A stretch of 64,000 nt of DNA. It comes from Podarcis vaucheri. Lineage: Eukaryota. The notes beneath the pieces were generated by a model. That model saw only the letters and a program-made list of their open reading frames with translations. It made no database searches and had not been told where the DNA came from. Position 1 is the stretch's first letter. Each line of letters begins with the position of its first letter. The stretch lies in assembly GCA_965113315.1 (NCBI GenBank), contig OZ220372.1; one strand, given 5' to 3'. This document shows positions 25,709 through 39,025 of the stretch, in pieces. The translations under genes and the position numbers were made by a program.

Positions 25709-26353
25709 CACTAGTGCATATCCAATCTAATTCACACAGATAAAGGAATCATCCTTTCTACTCTATATGCTACAATTACGATGCATTCAACTTTTGTCCC
25801 TTAGGAAAGAAAACTGCTCAGTAATGGGCCTTGTCAAATATTAAAAACTGCAATAAGGATGCAACAGCCCATATCCTATCACACAAAGGCCTAGGGTTGC
25901 TCTTCTCCAGATGTTTCCAGGACAGAAATATCAAATGCAATATTGACAAATTATTATTTTTCCTAGAGAAAGCCAGAGCAAGATATGGCAATATGCTGCC
26001 CTAGGCATAGAGGCTGTTCTAGATTATAAATTAAGGGAGGGTCTATATACTGAAGACTGCCACAGGAATCCAGGACAAAGGAGACATGATGAATAGGGTC
26101 ACGACAGCTGTAAAAAATGATATAGTATATTTGACTACCTCGCTGAGGTCCTAGTTTTCCAGATCTCAGGAAGTGCAGGCCCTGTTAGAGATCCTGACAG
26201 TCATTTAGCAATGCCTAAGGTTTGTTTTGCAAGGGAGACTTCCTTCTGTACATGTGCAGAGACACTATTATTCAAGCATGTTTTAACTCTTTTGGCATAA
26301 AGTGCTATTAAAAAGCAGCCCCAAAGGGCTGAAAAAACAGGTCCTCATTCAAT

Positions 26354-26685
26354 AAAGGTAAAGGTAAAGGGACCCCTGGCCATTAGGTCCAGTCGTGATC
26401 GACTCTGGGGTTGCGGTGCTCATCTCGTTTTATTGGCCGAGGGAGCTGGCGTACAGCTTCCAGGTCATGTGGCCAGCATCACTAAGCTGCTTCTGGCGAA
26501 CCAGAGCAGTGCATGGAAACGCCGTTTACCTTCCCGCTGGAGCAGTACCTATTTATTTACTTGCACTTTGACATGCTTTTGAACTGCTAGGTTGGCAGGA
26601 GCAGGGACTGAGCAATGGGAGCTCACCCTGTTGCGGGGATTCGAACTGCCGACCTTCTGATTGGCAAGTCCTAGCCTCTGTGGTT
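26354..26685 (-). mobile_element. Sauria SINE (5' truncated)
   Basis: Homologous to the 22280 copy, with (ACCTTT)n tail. Confidence 0.92.
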
Positions 26686-27545
26686 TTTGAAGATGACATT
26701 CCGTCACATGCATGGAAGTCTGTTGCAGCAGCAGGGCTGCAGGGCTGGTTACAGTCCAGAATGATAGCACAAATACAACGATAAACGAAATAATTGACAG
26801 TTTGATGCCTTTTAATGGTACCCAGAAATCTACTGTATCTGCTTAAGAGCTGGTTGGGCGTGCCACTAAACAAACATTTCCTATTAATGTCAATGGGGCT
26901 GCAACATGAAATGACTGGGATTTTTTTTTTTTAGGTGTGCGCATATGCACATGTGTTAAGTACACCCATACCCACAGGGCATAAATGGAGGTTTCCTGCT
27001 CTTGCGCCATGAATGAATTCCCATATGTAAATAATTCACAAGGAATTAGTCAATTATAACACCACAGGCAATTGGGCAGATACAACACACAAATCATGCA
27101 GTAACAGTATTATTCTTATATACAGCTATTGTCTGGGATCCAAGTTCCAAATGGGGAATTCTATACTTCCAGCTGTGCTCCTGGAGCTCCTCCTACCAAG
27201 AGCAACACCCGGAATTCGGGGAAATTTTGGAGCAACCGTCAACACAGCACAAGGAACTAAGGAAAGGCAGGAAAGTATTGGGTGCGCAAATTCAGGGTCC
27301 TAAGTGTGGCAGCACTTGTCCTCAACAACAGGAAGGCACCTGCAGTATTGGCATTGAAGTACCTGCTTAAAACTCACCTGTTCACTCAGACTTTCTTTGA
27401 GGGATCATTCAACTATGTTGATAAATTCATTTGAGCTACTAATTTGTGCTATCTTTGTTTTGTGGATATAATCTGATTGTTTATTTTATGTCATTTTGTG
27501 GTACACCACAAAAACAATATGTCCATCTTGTGATTTTCTATTTAA

Positions 27546-27547
<2 letters not shown>

Positions 27548-27584
<37 letters not shown>
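27548..27584. repeat. (CA)n microsatellite
   Basis: Direct observation. Confidence 0.95.
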
Positions 27585-27586
<2 letters not shown>

Positions 27587-27700
27587 CTCCAACGCTAGAA
27601 GAGATCCATTATTCAGCCACATATTAAATTTCCGTGCCTGTTTTATAAGAAATATGGAGAAGAAGAAAAACCCCAACAGTTTTCCAGAACAGTGACTTAC

Positions 27701-27923
27701 CAAGGTTTATCCCTTGATACTTTCGAAGAAAAGACCATGTGCTGTTTGCTAGTGGAGGTAATTAGATTGTCTTTGGGCATTTTGAATGGCTTTGAGTTGT
27801 TATTGACAGGGTTATGGCCGCTGATACAGGATCTCGGTTTCATCTGTATAAATGATGCCCTGGAATTGCAGGGTGGAGAAGCTGGAGATGGAGAAGGCTT
27901 ACACATTGAACCGTGTCTTCGTT
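27701..27923 (-). CDS. ATXN7L1: ATXN7L1 exon 4 (223 bp)
   Basis: gctttag|AA CGA AGA CAC...CCT TG|gtaag; (E)RRHGSMCKPSPSPASP...KDNLITSTSKQHMVFSSKVSRDKP. Confidence 0.96.
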
Positions 27924-30187
27924 CTAAAGCAGGGAGGGGAAAAGCCAGAGACAATGAATAGGCAAGACAATGGCAGCTAGGTAAGAAAAAAGAAAGAAAC
28001 CCAAGCAGTATAGAAACCACAAGCCCAAAGCATCCCGAATAAAACTGATTTGCTATTAAAACATTATTTATACTATAATATATATTATAATATACAGATG
28101 GCCAAAATAGAAATGGAGTACAGTGCCACACTGTGTGCTTGGTGAATCAATGCTAATGGTTATTGCTGAGCTGGCACTGAAATACAGTCCTTGGAAAAGC
28201 CAAATGGAAACCAAGTGGGACTCTTATGTCTGATGAATGGGCTGGTTTGCAGGTATCTTCGGCCGAGATACAAGCTGTATGGATAATAAATAGAATTTTC
28301 CTTATGCACACTCAAAACATATCAGCACCTCTTCATTCTGTGCTATTCAGCTTAATAGGGTGGCCGAATAATTACACAACAAAGCTACATTTCTCTCACA
28401 AAAATAATTCCCAACATTCCCTCCCCCCCAAGTCTTGCTTGTAGACTTGTAATTAAGAATAGAGAAATGTTGAGACTAGGGCAAATAATTTTAGATGTGG
28501 TGGCAATTCCCATGATCTTAATGGCACATTTTTCAAATAAAAAGAGAACAGTCAAGGAAATGGCTGCTGTACATATATGTCATCATGTGATCCCATGCTT
28601 GAGCAGCAGAAAATAAAAGTAACTGGCTCACAGATCAGTTACAATCTTTGAAACAGTCCTAAACTTTTTGTCCTGACTTCCTGTGCCTGTTAGCAAACAC
28701 AAAATGATGTACTATGATATGCAAAACTTCAAATTTCAGCCTTTTCATTTGCTCATGATTTGATCTGCAGTAACAGTTTGCACATACTCGTTTTCATTAG
28801 GGACCATTAATTACCACATTTATAGGAAATGCCAGGTCCTATTTCTGCAACGAAAAATTGAACTACGAACTGAATCTGAATGAACTGCCTAAGTATTTAT
28901 ACTGATCAGTATTTAACTATTTATATTAACGGTCATAATCAATTAAAAACAAAAGGGTGAGAAAGACAACATTAATTCCTTCTTCAATCCTTCAGCAAAA
29001 TTAAAGTGAGAAGCCCATGGACCTTAAAGGTCACATTCTGTCCGACCAATACAAGGGGAAAGGCGCTCAATTTGTCATAGTCAAGGGCCTCTCTTAAGAT
29101 TGCACTCTCTTCCATTCCTCAGCACATGCACATATCAAATGTCTAAGCTGATCTCACTGGCTGTACAGTCTCATGCATGCAAAAGCCAATACCTCGTTAT
29201 ACATTTAATTCACATACACCAACGTAAAAACTGTGTGGATTAGCTTTATGTCAATAGATTATGAAGTTGGATAATCGATCTTTAGTAGCAACATGATCTC
29301 AACCGCTCAAAAATGCTCAAAAATGCTCAAAAAATGCTTAAAAAGAACACAAGCCAAGTATCACAAGTAACGTTGCAAACATTAGAGAAAAGAGACAACA
29401 GGAATGTGTGAGAAGAACAATGCCTAGAAGAATGAATATTTATGCCTTTACATTATCAAAATCTAGCATATCAGATTGTGTTTATTCATGCTACAGTCTT
29501 CAGCCAATAATTTGTGCATATGCCGGAAGAAAGTTTTGTCATTCCTGTTTATTATCCAAGGTTGTTTATTTGTATTGAATTTTGAACTTTGTGATTACCC
29601 AAGTCACCATATGCTACAGTTGTCAGTTATTCAGAGAAAAACACAAAAAGGTGAGAGCCAAGAACTCCAAATTATTACTATGCTTTCGTATTTTCCCCAA
29701 GCCTTACAGATTAATTGCTGATTGGAGTGATACAAGTCATTATCATCTCAGGATAAAGAATCGTATGAAAAGCCCTAGGAACAACAAATGCAAAAAGGCA
29801 GGAAGTGAAGTAAATTTCAGTTGTGCAGCCACAGGATGCTAAGTCAGTGGCAGAAGAGTAGAAATGAGTTACTAAAGAAAAATCTATAAAAGGAACTTGG
29901 TGGGCTAAGAATGCGACCATTTCAACCCCATTTCTGCTGATTAAAGCATTCTTCCTTACTGGACCAACCATAAAAGAACTGCTGAGCCCCTTTTCGGTCA
30001 GTGCTTTTTAAAAAAAACTTTTTAAAGATATGCTTCCACTGCCAAAGCAATCAGGCAGTGTTCCCCCCACCCTATCAGATCATGTGTGGTTGATTTAATG
30101 TATCGTCTTTATCACCAACAACATTCTGTTGCAAATAATCATAGCTGCATCAGGGCAAGAGTTCTCCCATGCAATGGTGGTGGGCAG

Positions 30188-30324
30188 CAGTGGCGTAGCG
30201 TGGGTTGTCAGCACCCGGGGCAAGGCAAGTAATTTGCGCCCCCTAGCCCGTGGATTTGCGCCCCCTAACCCTAACCCCCAGATGTTGCGGCCGGCCCCCC
30301 CTGCACCCCCACGCTACGCCACTG
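30188..30324. mobile_element. hAT MITE containing telomere-like repeats
   Basis: TIR CAGTGGCGTAGCGTGGG; 8-bp TSD GTGGGCAG; internal CCCTAACCCTAACCC. Confidence 0.9.
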
Positions 30325-33300
30325 GTGGGCAGTAAAAACACCAGCATAATATGGCAAATCTGATAGTATCAGCCTTGCTGCCTAATCAATGGGATAAGTT
30401 TCCTCTCTCCATTCACAGTTAGGATAATAAGAGAGCTTAGAATTCCTCCATTGATATTCTGTCTTTTTAAAAACCCCTGTATTTTTTTTAAAGCTCTCTA
30501 TAAAATGTAAGACTTGGACCAGGCAGCGCTATGATGTCATTATGTTCACTGCATGACCCCTGATGGGCATGGACTATGCCGTGAAGAAGCCCTTTAAAAT
30601 AAAATGAGACAGCAGCAGTAATTCAACAAATAATGGTTGCAAATAAGGTGCAAAAAATGCACGAAGTAACTGCAGTTTGCCAGATTCTTCCAACTTACTG
30701 AAAGGGCACTTTTTACATTGAAAAATGAGCCTCATGAAAATAGAGCATAGTGTATATGAAACCCTGCAGGTCACCACGGCCTTCCCAACATTTAAGCGCT
30801 CAGAGAGTGCCAGAGATGGGGACATAACTCTGTGGGCAGACAAAATACTGGGAGCAAAAGAAGAACAGAGGCAACAAAAATATTACTTGTCTCAGGCTGG
30901 GTTACTGAGATAGAGCTCAAGATCCCCAGTGAAAACTGGAAAATCAGGCCACCACTAACCCAGCTAGAAAGCTACTTATCAATGTTAGCTTACAAAATTG
31001 AAAACCAGAGACTCAGAGCAAGGTGGGGACTCATTTACAATGGTGTTAATGTGCTACTGCAATGTACTTCCTGTTAATATCGCAAAACTATAGATTGACA
31101 CACTTCATTTGGAATTTTCATTAAGCATGCAACCAAACTGATTTCGTACAGGCATGCCCGTCATAAGTCAACGACTTTGTAGGTTACTATCTTAGTAACT
31201 GATATGACGTATGCTTCCAGTTTAAAAGGTTTAAACAATAAACCAAGTGCCAAGAATATTTTAATACAAAAAAGCATACTCTTGTAACGAGCCAAATAAC
31301 TTGAGTCATTGGGGAGATTAGGGATAACAGGCAGTTACTTCACAGCCAATCGCCATAAACACCTTGCTAAACACTTTCATTTTCCTTGTGACAAAGTCTA
31401 GCACACACTGTTGTCCATTAAATTAAATAACAGAAAGGAAGGAAGGGAGAGGGAAAGTCTGCTAACAAATTAGAGCGCTGTAGGAGTGGTAGAAAATATC
31501 CAAAGAAAAATGTATAACCTGAGAGAGTTGGATAAACATAGTTTCAAGTTTGGTTGAAAACAATCTTCAAACTGAATCCACTCCAATTGTATTTGCACGG
31601 TTGAAAAGGAAATGGCAGAGAGTTTAGCTTTGGCTCTTCGTGTAAACTGACAAAGGAAACAGACTGCCGGGTCGAAGAAGAGCACTGATGTTTTTGATTA
31701 AAAAAAAAAAAGCAATTTAAGAAACTTGTTAACTCCGGAGACATTAGTGGAAAACAATCAGCTGAAATACCCTCCAAGTTGCACTTTTCCTGTACTGGTT
31801 ACACACATTGTCTTCCGACATAAAACAGCTAAAAACTCCTCATTTCTGCTGGGGAGGGGGAAATCAGCAAGAAGACACAGTACACAAAACAGCTGGCTAG
31901 AAGAAATTGTAAACTAAAAGGACTTACACCGAGGCCCAGTCTGCCAAGTTAATCCAATTCTAGGGCGACTGTAAACAACTTGTACTGCTGGAACATGAAA
32001 TGATTCACGTTACGGACACTGTCAGAGAATGACAGCGATATGATTAAGTATTCTGCAAAGGCTGGAAACGAGGCAGGCGACTGCTCCAGTAAGCAGCACA
32101 CTTGCAGCCGCCAACTGCTTTGACTACAGACACAAAACACCATCCCTAACCAGGTTTCACACCCTTACATTTAAACAATATAACTTTTTAAACAGCTTAA
32201 AAAAGAGAAAGACAACTACCATGCATTATCAAAGGAAAATACTCCGCACATTAATAAAGTTTTGTTGGGGGCAAATCTCAAGGTGACTAAGTAGGGATGG
32301 CGGTAAACTTACCCCCCAATTACCATGGCCTTTTGCATTTTGAAAACACAGCTCAGGTCTACCACACAATTAGGTACTGTCTGTGTACAATGTGGCTTAG
32401 CATTGGCCAGCAACTCTGTTCACACGAAGAAAGCTATCTTGTCTGTTCAATCAGTCAAGAGACCATCACTTCTTTTTCTACTGTCAAAAGTTTATTCACT
32501 GCTCCTCAGTGTTTCTCAAGCTTGAGTGACCAGCTGTTGTTGGACTACAACTCCCATCGTCACTGACCACTGGTCCTGCTAGCTAGGGATGATGGGAGTT
32601 GTAGTCCAGCATAAGCTGGGCACCCAAGTTTGAGAAACACTGTGCTACATATTTTGGTGAGTTCTGCAACCAACCGATGAGGAGGCATACGCATAACAAC
32701 TATTTCCTTTGCTGCAGAAACATACGAAACTGTCTTATATGGTGTAAGACTATTGGTCCAGATATTCCTGGACTTCAACTCCCATAATTCCTGAACAATG
32801 ACCATGTTGGCTGAGGCTGATGGGAGTCCAAAAACACCTGTAAGGCCACAAGTTACTTGTCCCTGCTCCTATTATGACTGGCACCAGCTCTTCAAGGTCT
32901 CAAGGAGAGGTTTCCCTCGCTTTATTACCCAAGTTTCATTTATACTAAATTAACCTATAATATTTTGCATGCAAAACATGTGCTCTACCCACTGAAATAT
33001 GGTTTCTCTATAAAATCAAAATCCAGCCAAATAACCCATTTGTGCGTTTTATGTAAACAGAGGAGTGTCATAATGCATTTTAAAAACCAATATATTACAA
33101 ATGTTGACTTGTCATTTATACCAATAAAACCTGGTTCTGTTTTAACAGTGATCATATCTAGGGTTGGGGAATAGATGAGTGACCCCAAACTCTGAAAGTA
33201 AAGCCATGTTCCCAACAGTCCAAAGCACGCTCAAATGTTTCTGCGCATGCTCTGTGGGGTTTTTTTTGTGAGGCATGCATGGAGCTTCACAAACCACTGT

Positions 33301-33585
33301 TTGATTCCCCACTTTAACAGTCAATTACAAGAAGCAGAGTCTATTAGCTGAATACAGGCAACTTTCCCCTTCATTCCCACTTGATGAATTTCTACCTCCC
33401 ACATACCTTTCTCCTAAATATTTTGCCAAAGCTCCAATTCGAACTTAACTGCTACTTTTAACAAAAAGCATAAGAATGTGAAAAGCAACTTTAACCCAAC
33501 CCCCTCAAAGTAAGTTGCAGTACTGCTTTCAACAGAAGCAAAAGTTCTCAATATGTGGCGGTGTCAGTAGCTGCTCTTTGTAGCT

Positions 33586-35319
33586 TATGGTTACAACACG
33601 TCCCCGTTTCCCGGGGACAGTCCCTGGAATTATAAATCTGTCCCCGGCCGAAATATTGGGAAATTTTGGAACAAGAGGGAGACAGACTAAAATTGCAGAG
33701 CTTTGAAAAATTGAAAAATAAAGTGCGAGATTGGCTCCATTATTATCAAATAATGGAGGCATATAATTTGGACAAAAAAGTTGTTTCCAGGTGGAAAAAT
33801 CAAAATTGGAAACAGAATTGTTGGATTCCAAAATCAAGAATTTGTCAAAAATGTATAACTTGCTGTTGAAATGGAACACTCAGGATGAAACGGTGAAATC
33901 AGCTATGATTAAATGGGCACAAGATGTTGGACATAATATAATGATGGCTGACTGGGAAGTTATGGACCACAGGTATGAAATTTACGGCATGTAATGCCCT
34001 AAGAGAAAACTTAATGAAAATGATTTATAGGTGGTGCATGACACCAGTCAAGCTCGCAAAAATTTATCATATGCCTGACATAAATGTTGGGAATGTAATG
34101 AGACTGAAGGCACATTCTTTCATCTTTGGTGGACGTGCCCAAGGATTAAGACATTCTATGAGATGATTTATAATGAAATGAAAAAGGTATTTAAATATAC
34201 CTTCTTGAAGAAACCAGAGGCCTTTCTCCTAGGCATGGTCGGCCAAATGGTGCCAAAGAAGGATAGAACCTTTTTTATGTACGCAACAACAGCAGCAAGA
34301 ATACTCATCGCGAAGTATTGGAAGACACAAGATTTGCCCACCCGGGAAGAATGGCAGATGAAGTTGATGGACTACATGGAACTGGCGGAAATGACTGGCA
34401 GAATCCGAGACCAGGGAGAGGAGTTGGTGGAAGAAGACTGGAAAAAGTTTAAAGATTATCTACAGAAATATTGTAAAATTAATGAATGTTAGAAAAATGT
34501 TGAAATGAAGTTACATGGCTTTAGTAGAAATATTATAAGGAATTAAGTACAGATAGGTTAATAGAGTATTAAAGGGGGAAAAATAAGGTTAGAATGAGTT
34601 AAGATAATTATAGGATTGAAAACAGAGGATGGAAAGGAATTGCTGAAATAATTAACAGAAGTGGAATACAAAAAGGGAGGTGTGAGGAGGTCGTGGAAAT
34701 AAGTGAATGAAAGATGGGATAATGAAATTGGTTGATTTATTTTATTGTCTTAATCTTGTTTTGTTAATTCAATGTGTTGTATTGTATTGTTTTTCTTTTT
34801 CTTTTTTCCCCCTTCTTTTTTCTTTTAGTGTTTTTGGAAAAATAATAAATATTTTTTTTAAAAAAAAAATCTGTCCCCGGATTTCATTTAACGTCCCCGG
34901 ATTTATATTTTAAGTGTTGTAGATTTATTAGTAGGGAATGAAAGTTGCATGATTGGTTCAACGGCACAAGACACATCATATGGGGACTTCCGGCGAGGCA
35001 AAATGGTGGGCGCCACGGCAGCGAGCAGCTCCTGAAGCCAGCCAGAGCCAACTGCGCTACCAGGCTAGCCCCAACCTTGCTGCACCGCCACTGCCGCTGC
35101 TGAGAAGAGGTAGGAGAGCACCGGGAGGGCAAGGACACGTGGCAGAGCCCAGGCCCGACCCGAGTCTACTCCACAGCTGCTAGCGCTCCAGGAGAGCAGG
35201 CTGGGGCCCAGAGGAAGGCCGCGCAACAGAGGAGACCACAAAAGAGAATATATTTTTAAAAAACATTAATAAGTAATAACTGTGTCCCCGGGTTCTTTGA
35301 AAAAAATCTGTTAACCTTA
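33586..35319. mobile_element. hAT (Blackjack-like) element interrupted by an L1
   Basis: Ends tatggttac / ttaacctta; perfect 8-bp TSD TTGTAGCT; repeated tgtccccgg subterminal motifs. Confidence 0.8.
33648..34866 (+). mobile_element. L1-clade LINE, 5' truncated (ORF2 C-terminus pseudogene, 3' UTR, polyA)
   Basis: Frameshifted ORF2 with CWECNETEGTFFHLWWTC zinc knuckle and AARILIAKYWK; A-tail; 14-bp TSD AAATCTGTCCCCGG (33634-33647, 34867-34880). Confidence 0.9.
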
Positions 35320-35340
35320 TTGTAGCTTGCTTTGTAATTA

Positions 35341-35509
35341 CCATATTTTTCGCTCTATAACACGCACCCGACCATAACACGCACGTAGTTTTTAGAGGAG
35401 GAAAATCCGTAGGCATGCCACTCGTAGGCATTCCCTCCATAACACGCACAGACATTTCCCCTTACTTTTTAGGAGGAAAAAAGTGAGTGTTATCGTGCAA
35501 AAAATACGG
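35341..35509. mobile_element. Tc2/pogo-type MITE
   Basis: TA TSD; ends ccatatttttcgc / gcaaaaaatacgg. Confidence 0.8.
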
Positions 35510-37913
35510 TATTTGACAACGGAAACTACAGAAATGGCTTGAGACTGAAGGGTTAAAATTAAGGGGTGGCATCTGACAAAATCATATGCAGAACAGACCC
35601 ACTGAAATCACCCTCCTTCCTAAAGCCTAATTGGTGCTTTCCCAGCTTTGGGAAGGCGGTGGGAGGGCTTAGGACGCTGCCAGAGCCTCATGCCTCTTTT
35701 TCAAAGACTGACACTTCATTTAGCTGGCTTTGGGAAAGCAGCACAAGGACTGGGTGTGTGTGTGTGTCAAATTCTGGCCTTGCTGCCTCCCCCTCCCCAC
35801 GAATGCACAACAACGCAGCACGTGGCCCGCGGGTTCCATGAGCTAAAAAAGTTGGGTCGCCCTGCTCCAGATCACCTTCAAAAAGTATGGCATAAGCATA
35901 GCCAGGAGGAAAAGCTTGGAAAGGAGGGGTTTGTATGGACAGGAGGCAGCAAGCAGGGCAAGGGTTAAGCACCACCTTCTCCCCCAGATTCTCCCCGTCA
36001 TATCACCTACATTAGTCAGCAGATACGACAAAGGAACACGACCTGCCAAGGTAATATTCAGTCCCTTACTCAGCTTCCTCCAGACCATTGTGTGCAGCCT
36101 GCACACACACAAACAAGCAACCAAATCGGCCCAGAAATCCCCTGACCACATTTGTTACTCATCGCCGATGAAACTCCGGTTGCACCTCACAAGTGGGCAC
36201 TGCCAACTAAATACAGAAAGAGAGCCTGTGCTTATCTCTAATTTGGTGAAATAAAATAAACAGGGCTCAACAGAATATTAAAGTAATTCCAGGCGGAAGG
36301 AGGACACCAGCCTGCAACAGTCACTCTTGTAACAGAAAAAAAACAAACCCTTGAAAACAACTAATAATAAATTAAATATACATTGCTCCTCTTGGGAAAG
36401 CCATCAGGTGATTATCAAGTGTGGAACAATAGATCTAGTATTGGATATGTTTTTGTTCATGTATGACATGCTATGAGATAAATCTGTTTCAAATCTTATT
36501 CAGTTTAGAGAGGGAGCAAGGAGGGGAGTGAGGAAAGCTGAAATCTGTTTCTACACCTTACTGAACAACACTGTTGGATGAGATTCATACAATTCTGGAA
36601 AGCTTGTTCTCATTTGCTCTGCTACTTACTGCAGTGTTTGTGAACCAAGAAAGGCAACAGTACAGGTTACAATTTGAATCCAATTTTAAAAGAGTTCTAG
36701 GACACCAGTTAATTTGCCGGCTAAACTTCCAAGTGAGATGGCAAGAATTACACCTGCAGAAATGAAAGCATTTGACTGCAGCTTTCTACTGTTAAAGCCT
36801 CCTTCAGATCCCAGAATAGGCCAATAGATGCAAGGCCAAATATGTAATGATATGAGCTCCCTCTGCTGGCTATGTATATGCAAGCAGCTGAGAAGCTATG
36901 AAAATCTGAGTGTTCCAATAGAACGCTTTTCAAACGACAGGAAAAAAAACCTAAATTAAGTTATTGCCACATTGGGAAATTAAATAGCCTTTTCCTCTTG
37001 TTCCTGCGCTGAAATTCCTGAATAAGCCCACGGGCCGTGCAAAAATACAAAATTGAATGTAACAGTGGTCAGAGTTCCTCAGCTATGGTGTGAATAATTT
37101 CAATCCACACACTGTCTTGCAGGCACACATATTTGGAAAGACATTCTCCAGCCTCACTATTCCCCTCATATCTCTAGCATGCTATACAACTTTCTTAAAA
37201 GAAAAGAAAAATAGCTGAAAGGCGTGAAAGGAAGACATCCCATGCTGGACACCGGCATCATCCCAAGGTGCCTGATGAAAGATTCAGCCACAACATAATA
37301 GCAAGCAAACAACTGTAAGAGATTTACAGCCATACCTATATGGCCTATGGTTTGAAGAAGCGCCTTAACATTGTGCGTTTTGAATTTCTTCCCCCATTCT
37401 AAAAAAAAATTCTAACGCATTATTAAAGAGGAGGCAATTCATATAGCACGACAATAAGAAAGCGGCAAACATGGCTGATATGAACTCCAATATTTAAATT
37501 GAATATTTTGCTGTGCCCATTCACTTGCATCAAGCTACTTTTTCATACGGCTTGAATACCAATTTGTGGGGCCAGTGTGTTGGGGGGAGAGATTCAAGGT
37601 GGAAATCTTATTTGTTCACAGTTGGCACATGTTCATTCTAATGCAATACTCTTTTCGGCAGGGTGGATCAACATAATTTCAAACCAGAACCTAAGTATGT
37701 TGATTGAAAGCAAATCTCGCTAATTTGAAAGGGAGTGGTTTGCTGAGTAAGGATGCTTTGAGGCAGGAACTTCCCACAGTCCTGCTCTGCTGCTTTTGCG
37801 ATGACGTGCAGAACACACTTGCTTAAGCAAGAACTGCAAACAGCAGGTACCTTTCGTCAGGAAGCTTGTGGAATTCAACATCTGCCACATGCACACCACA
37901 CATTTAAAGCACA

Positions 37914-38121
37914 CAGTAAACCCGCAATTTATGCACACTGAACTCGTGTGCATTCAGCTTTACACAAGTGGCAAAAAAGGGGGGGAAGGGGGCAGGGTTC
38001 AGGGGAAGATTACTTTGGCCAAACCACCTGCCATTGAACCCAATGGGTTTTGACTATACACAATTTTGGCTTTAGGCAATATCCCCTGGTTGTAACCCCT
38101 GTGTAAGTTACGGGCTTACTG
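37914..38121. mobile_element. Tigger-like MITE
   Basis: Ends cagtaaacccgcaattta / taagttacgggcttactg; homologous to 13548. Confidence 0.7.
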
Positions 38122-38214
38122 TATTTTGTTAACAGAGCTAGCTTACAGAACCCTTAGCCATCTACAGCTCCCAGAACTATTTGGGTGGGTGGGTGCATGC
38201 TTGGAATGTGTTAA

Positions 38215-38783
38215 CGCTACAAGTGTGTTTTATGTAGGGCTGCCTCTGAAGACAGTTTGGAAACTTCAGCTAGTGCAGAATTCAGTGGCCAGGTGGCTCA
38301 CTGGAGAGAGACGGTTTGAGCATATTGCACCGATCCTGGTCCGACTGCACTGGCTACCAGTGAGTTTCCGGGCCCAATTCAAAGTGCTGGTTTTGAACTA
38401 TAAAGCCTTAAATGGCTCAGGACTGCAATGCCTCAAGGACTGCCTCTCTCCATATGAACCCTGGGATCAACTTCTGAAACTCTTTTTCGTGCCTCCTTGA
38501 GAAGTTTGGAAGGTGGCAACACAAGAACGGGGCCTTCTCTGCAGTGGCTTCCTGTCTGTGGAATGCTCTCCCCAGGGATGTTCGCCTGGCACCTTCATCA
38601 GCCTTTGGCTGATTTCACTGACAAATCCTATGCACTTTTAAAACGTGGGTTTTTGGAGGGTGGGGGGGGGTTATTTGGTTGTTGTTTTAATTTTGATTAT
38701 ATATTTTGTGGTGCTATATTTTGATTTTGTTCTGTGAACCGCTCTGAGATCTCCGGGTATAGGGCAGTATAAAATTTTAATAA
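38215..38783 (+). mobile_element. L2 LINE 3' fragment
   Basis: GLPLKTVWKLQLVQNSVARWLTG...HIAPILVRLHWLPVSFRAQFKVLVLNYKALNG, typical L2 RT C-terminal motifs, plus a 3' tail. Confidence 0.9.
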
Positions 38784-38785
38784 TA

Positions 38786-39025
38786 CAGTCATACCTCATG
38801 TTACTTTTGCTTCAGGTTGAGCGTTTTCAGGTTGCGTCCTGCGGCGACCCAGAAGTAATGGAATGGGTTACTTCTGGGTTTCGCCGCTCGCACATGCGCA
38901 CAAAACGACATCACGCGCATGCGCAGAAACAGCGAATCGCAACCCGCACAGACGCGGGTTGTATTCTGTTCAGGTTGCAAACGGGCCTCCGGAACGGATC
39001 CTGTTCGCAACCAGAGGTGCCAATG
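38786..39025. mobile_element. Tc1/mariner MITE
   Basis: TA TSD; cagtcatacctc...gaggtgccaatg; relatives at 52675 and 57838. Confidence 0.85.
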
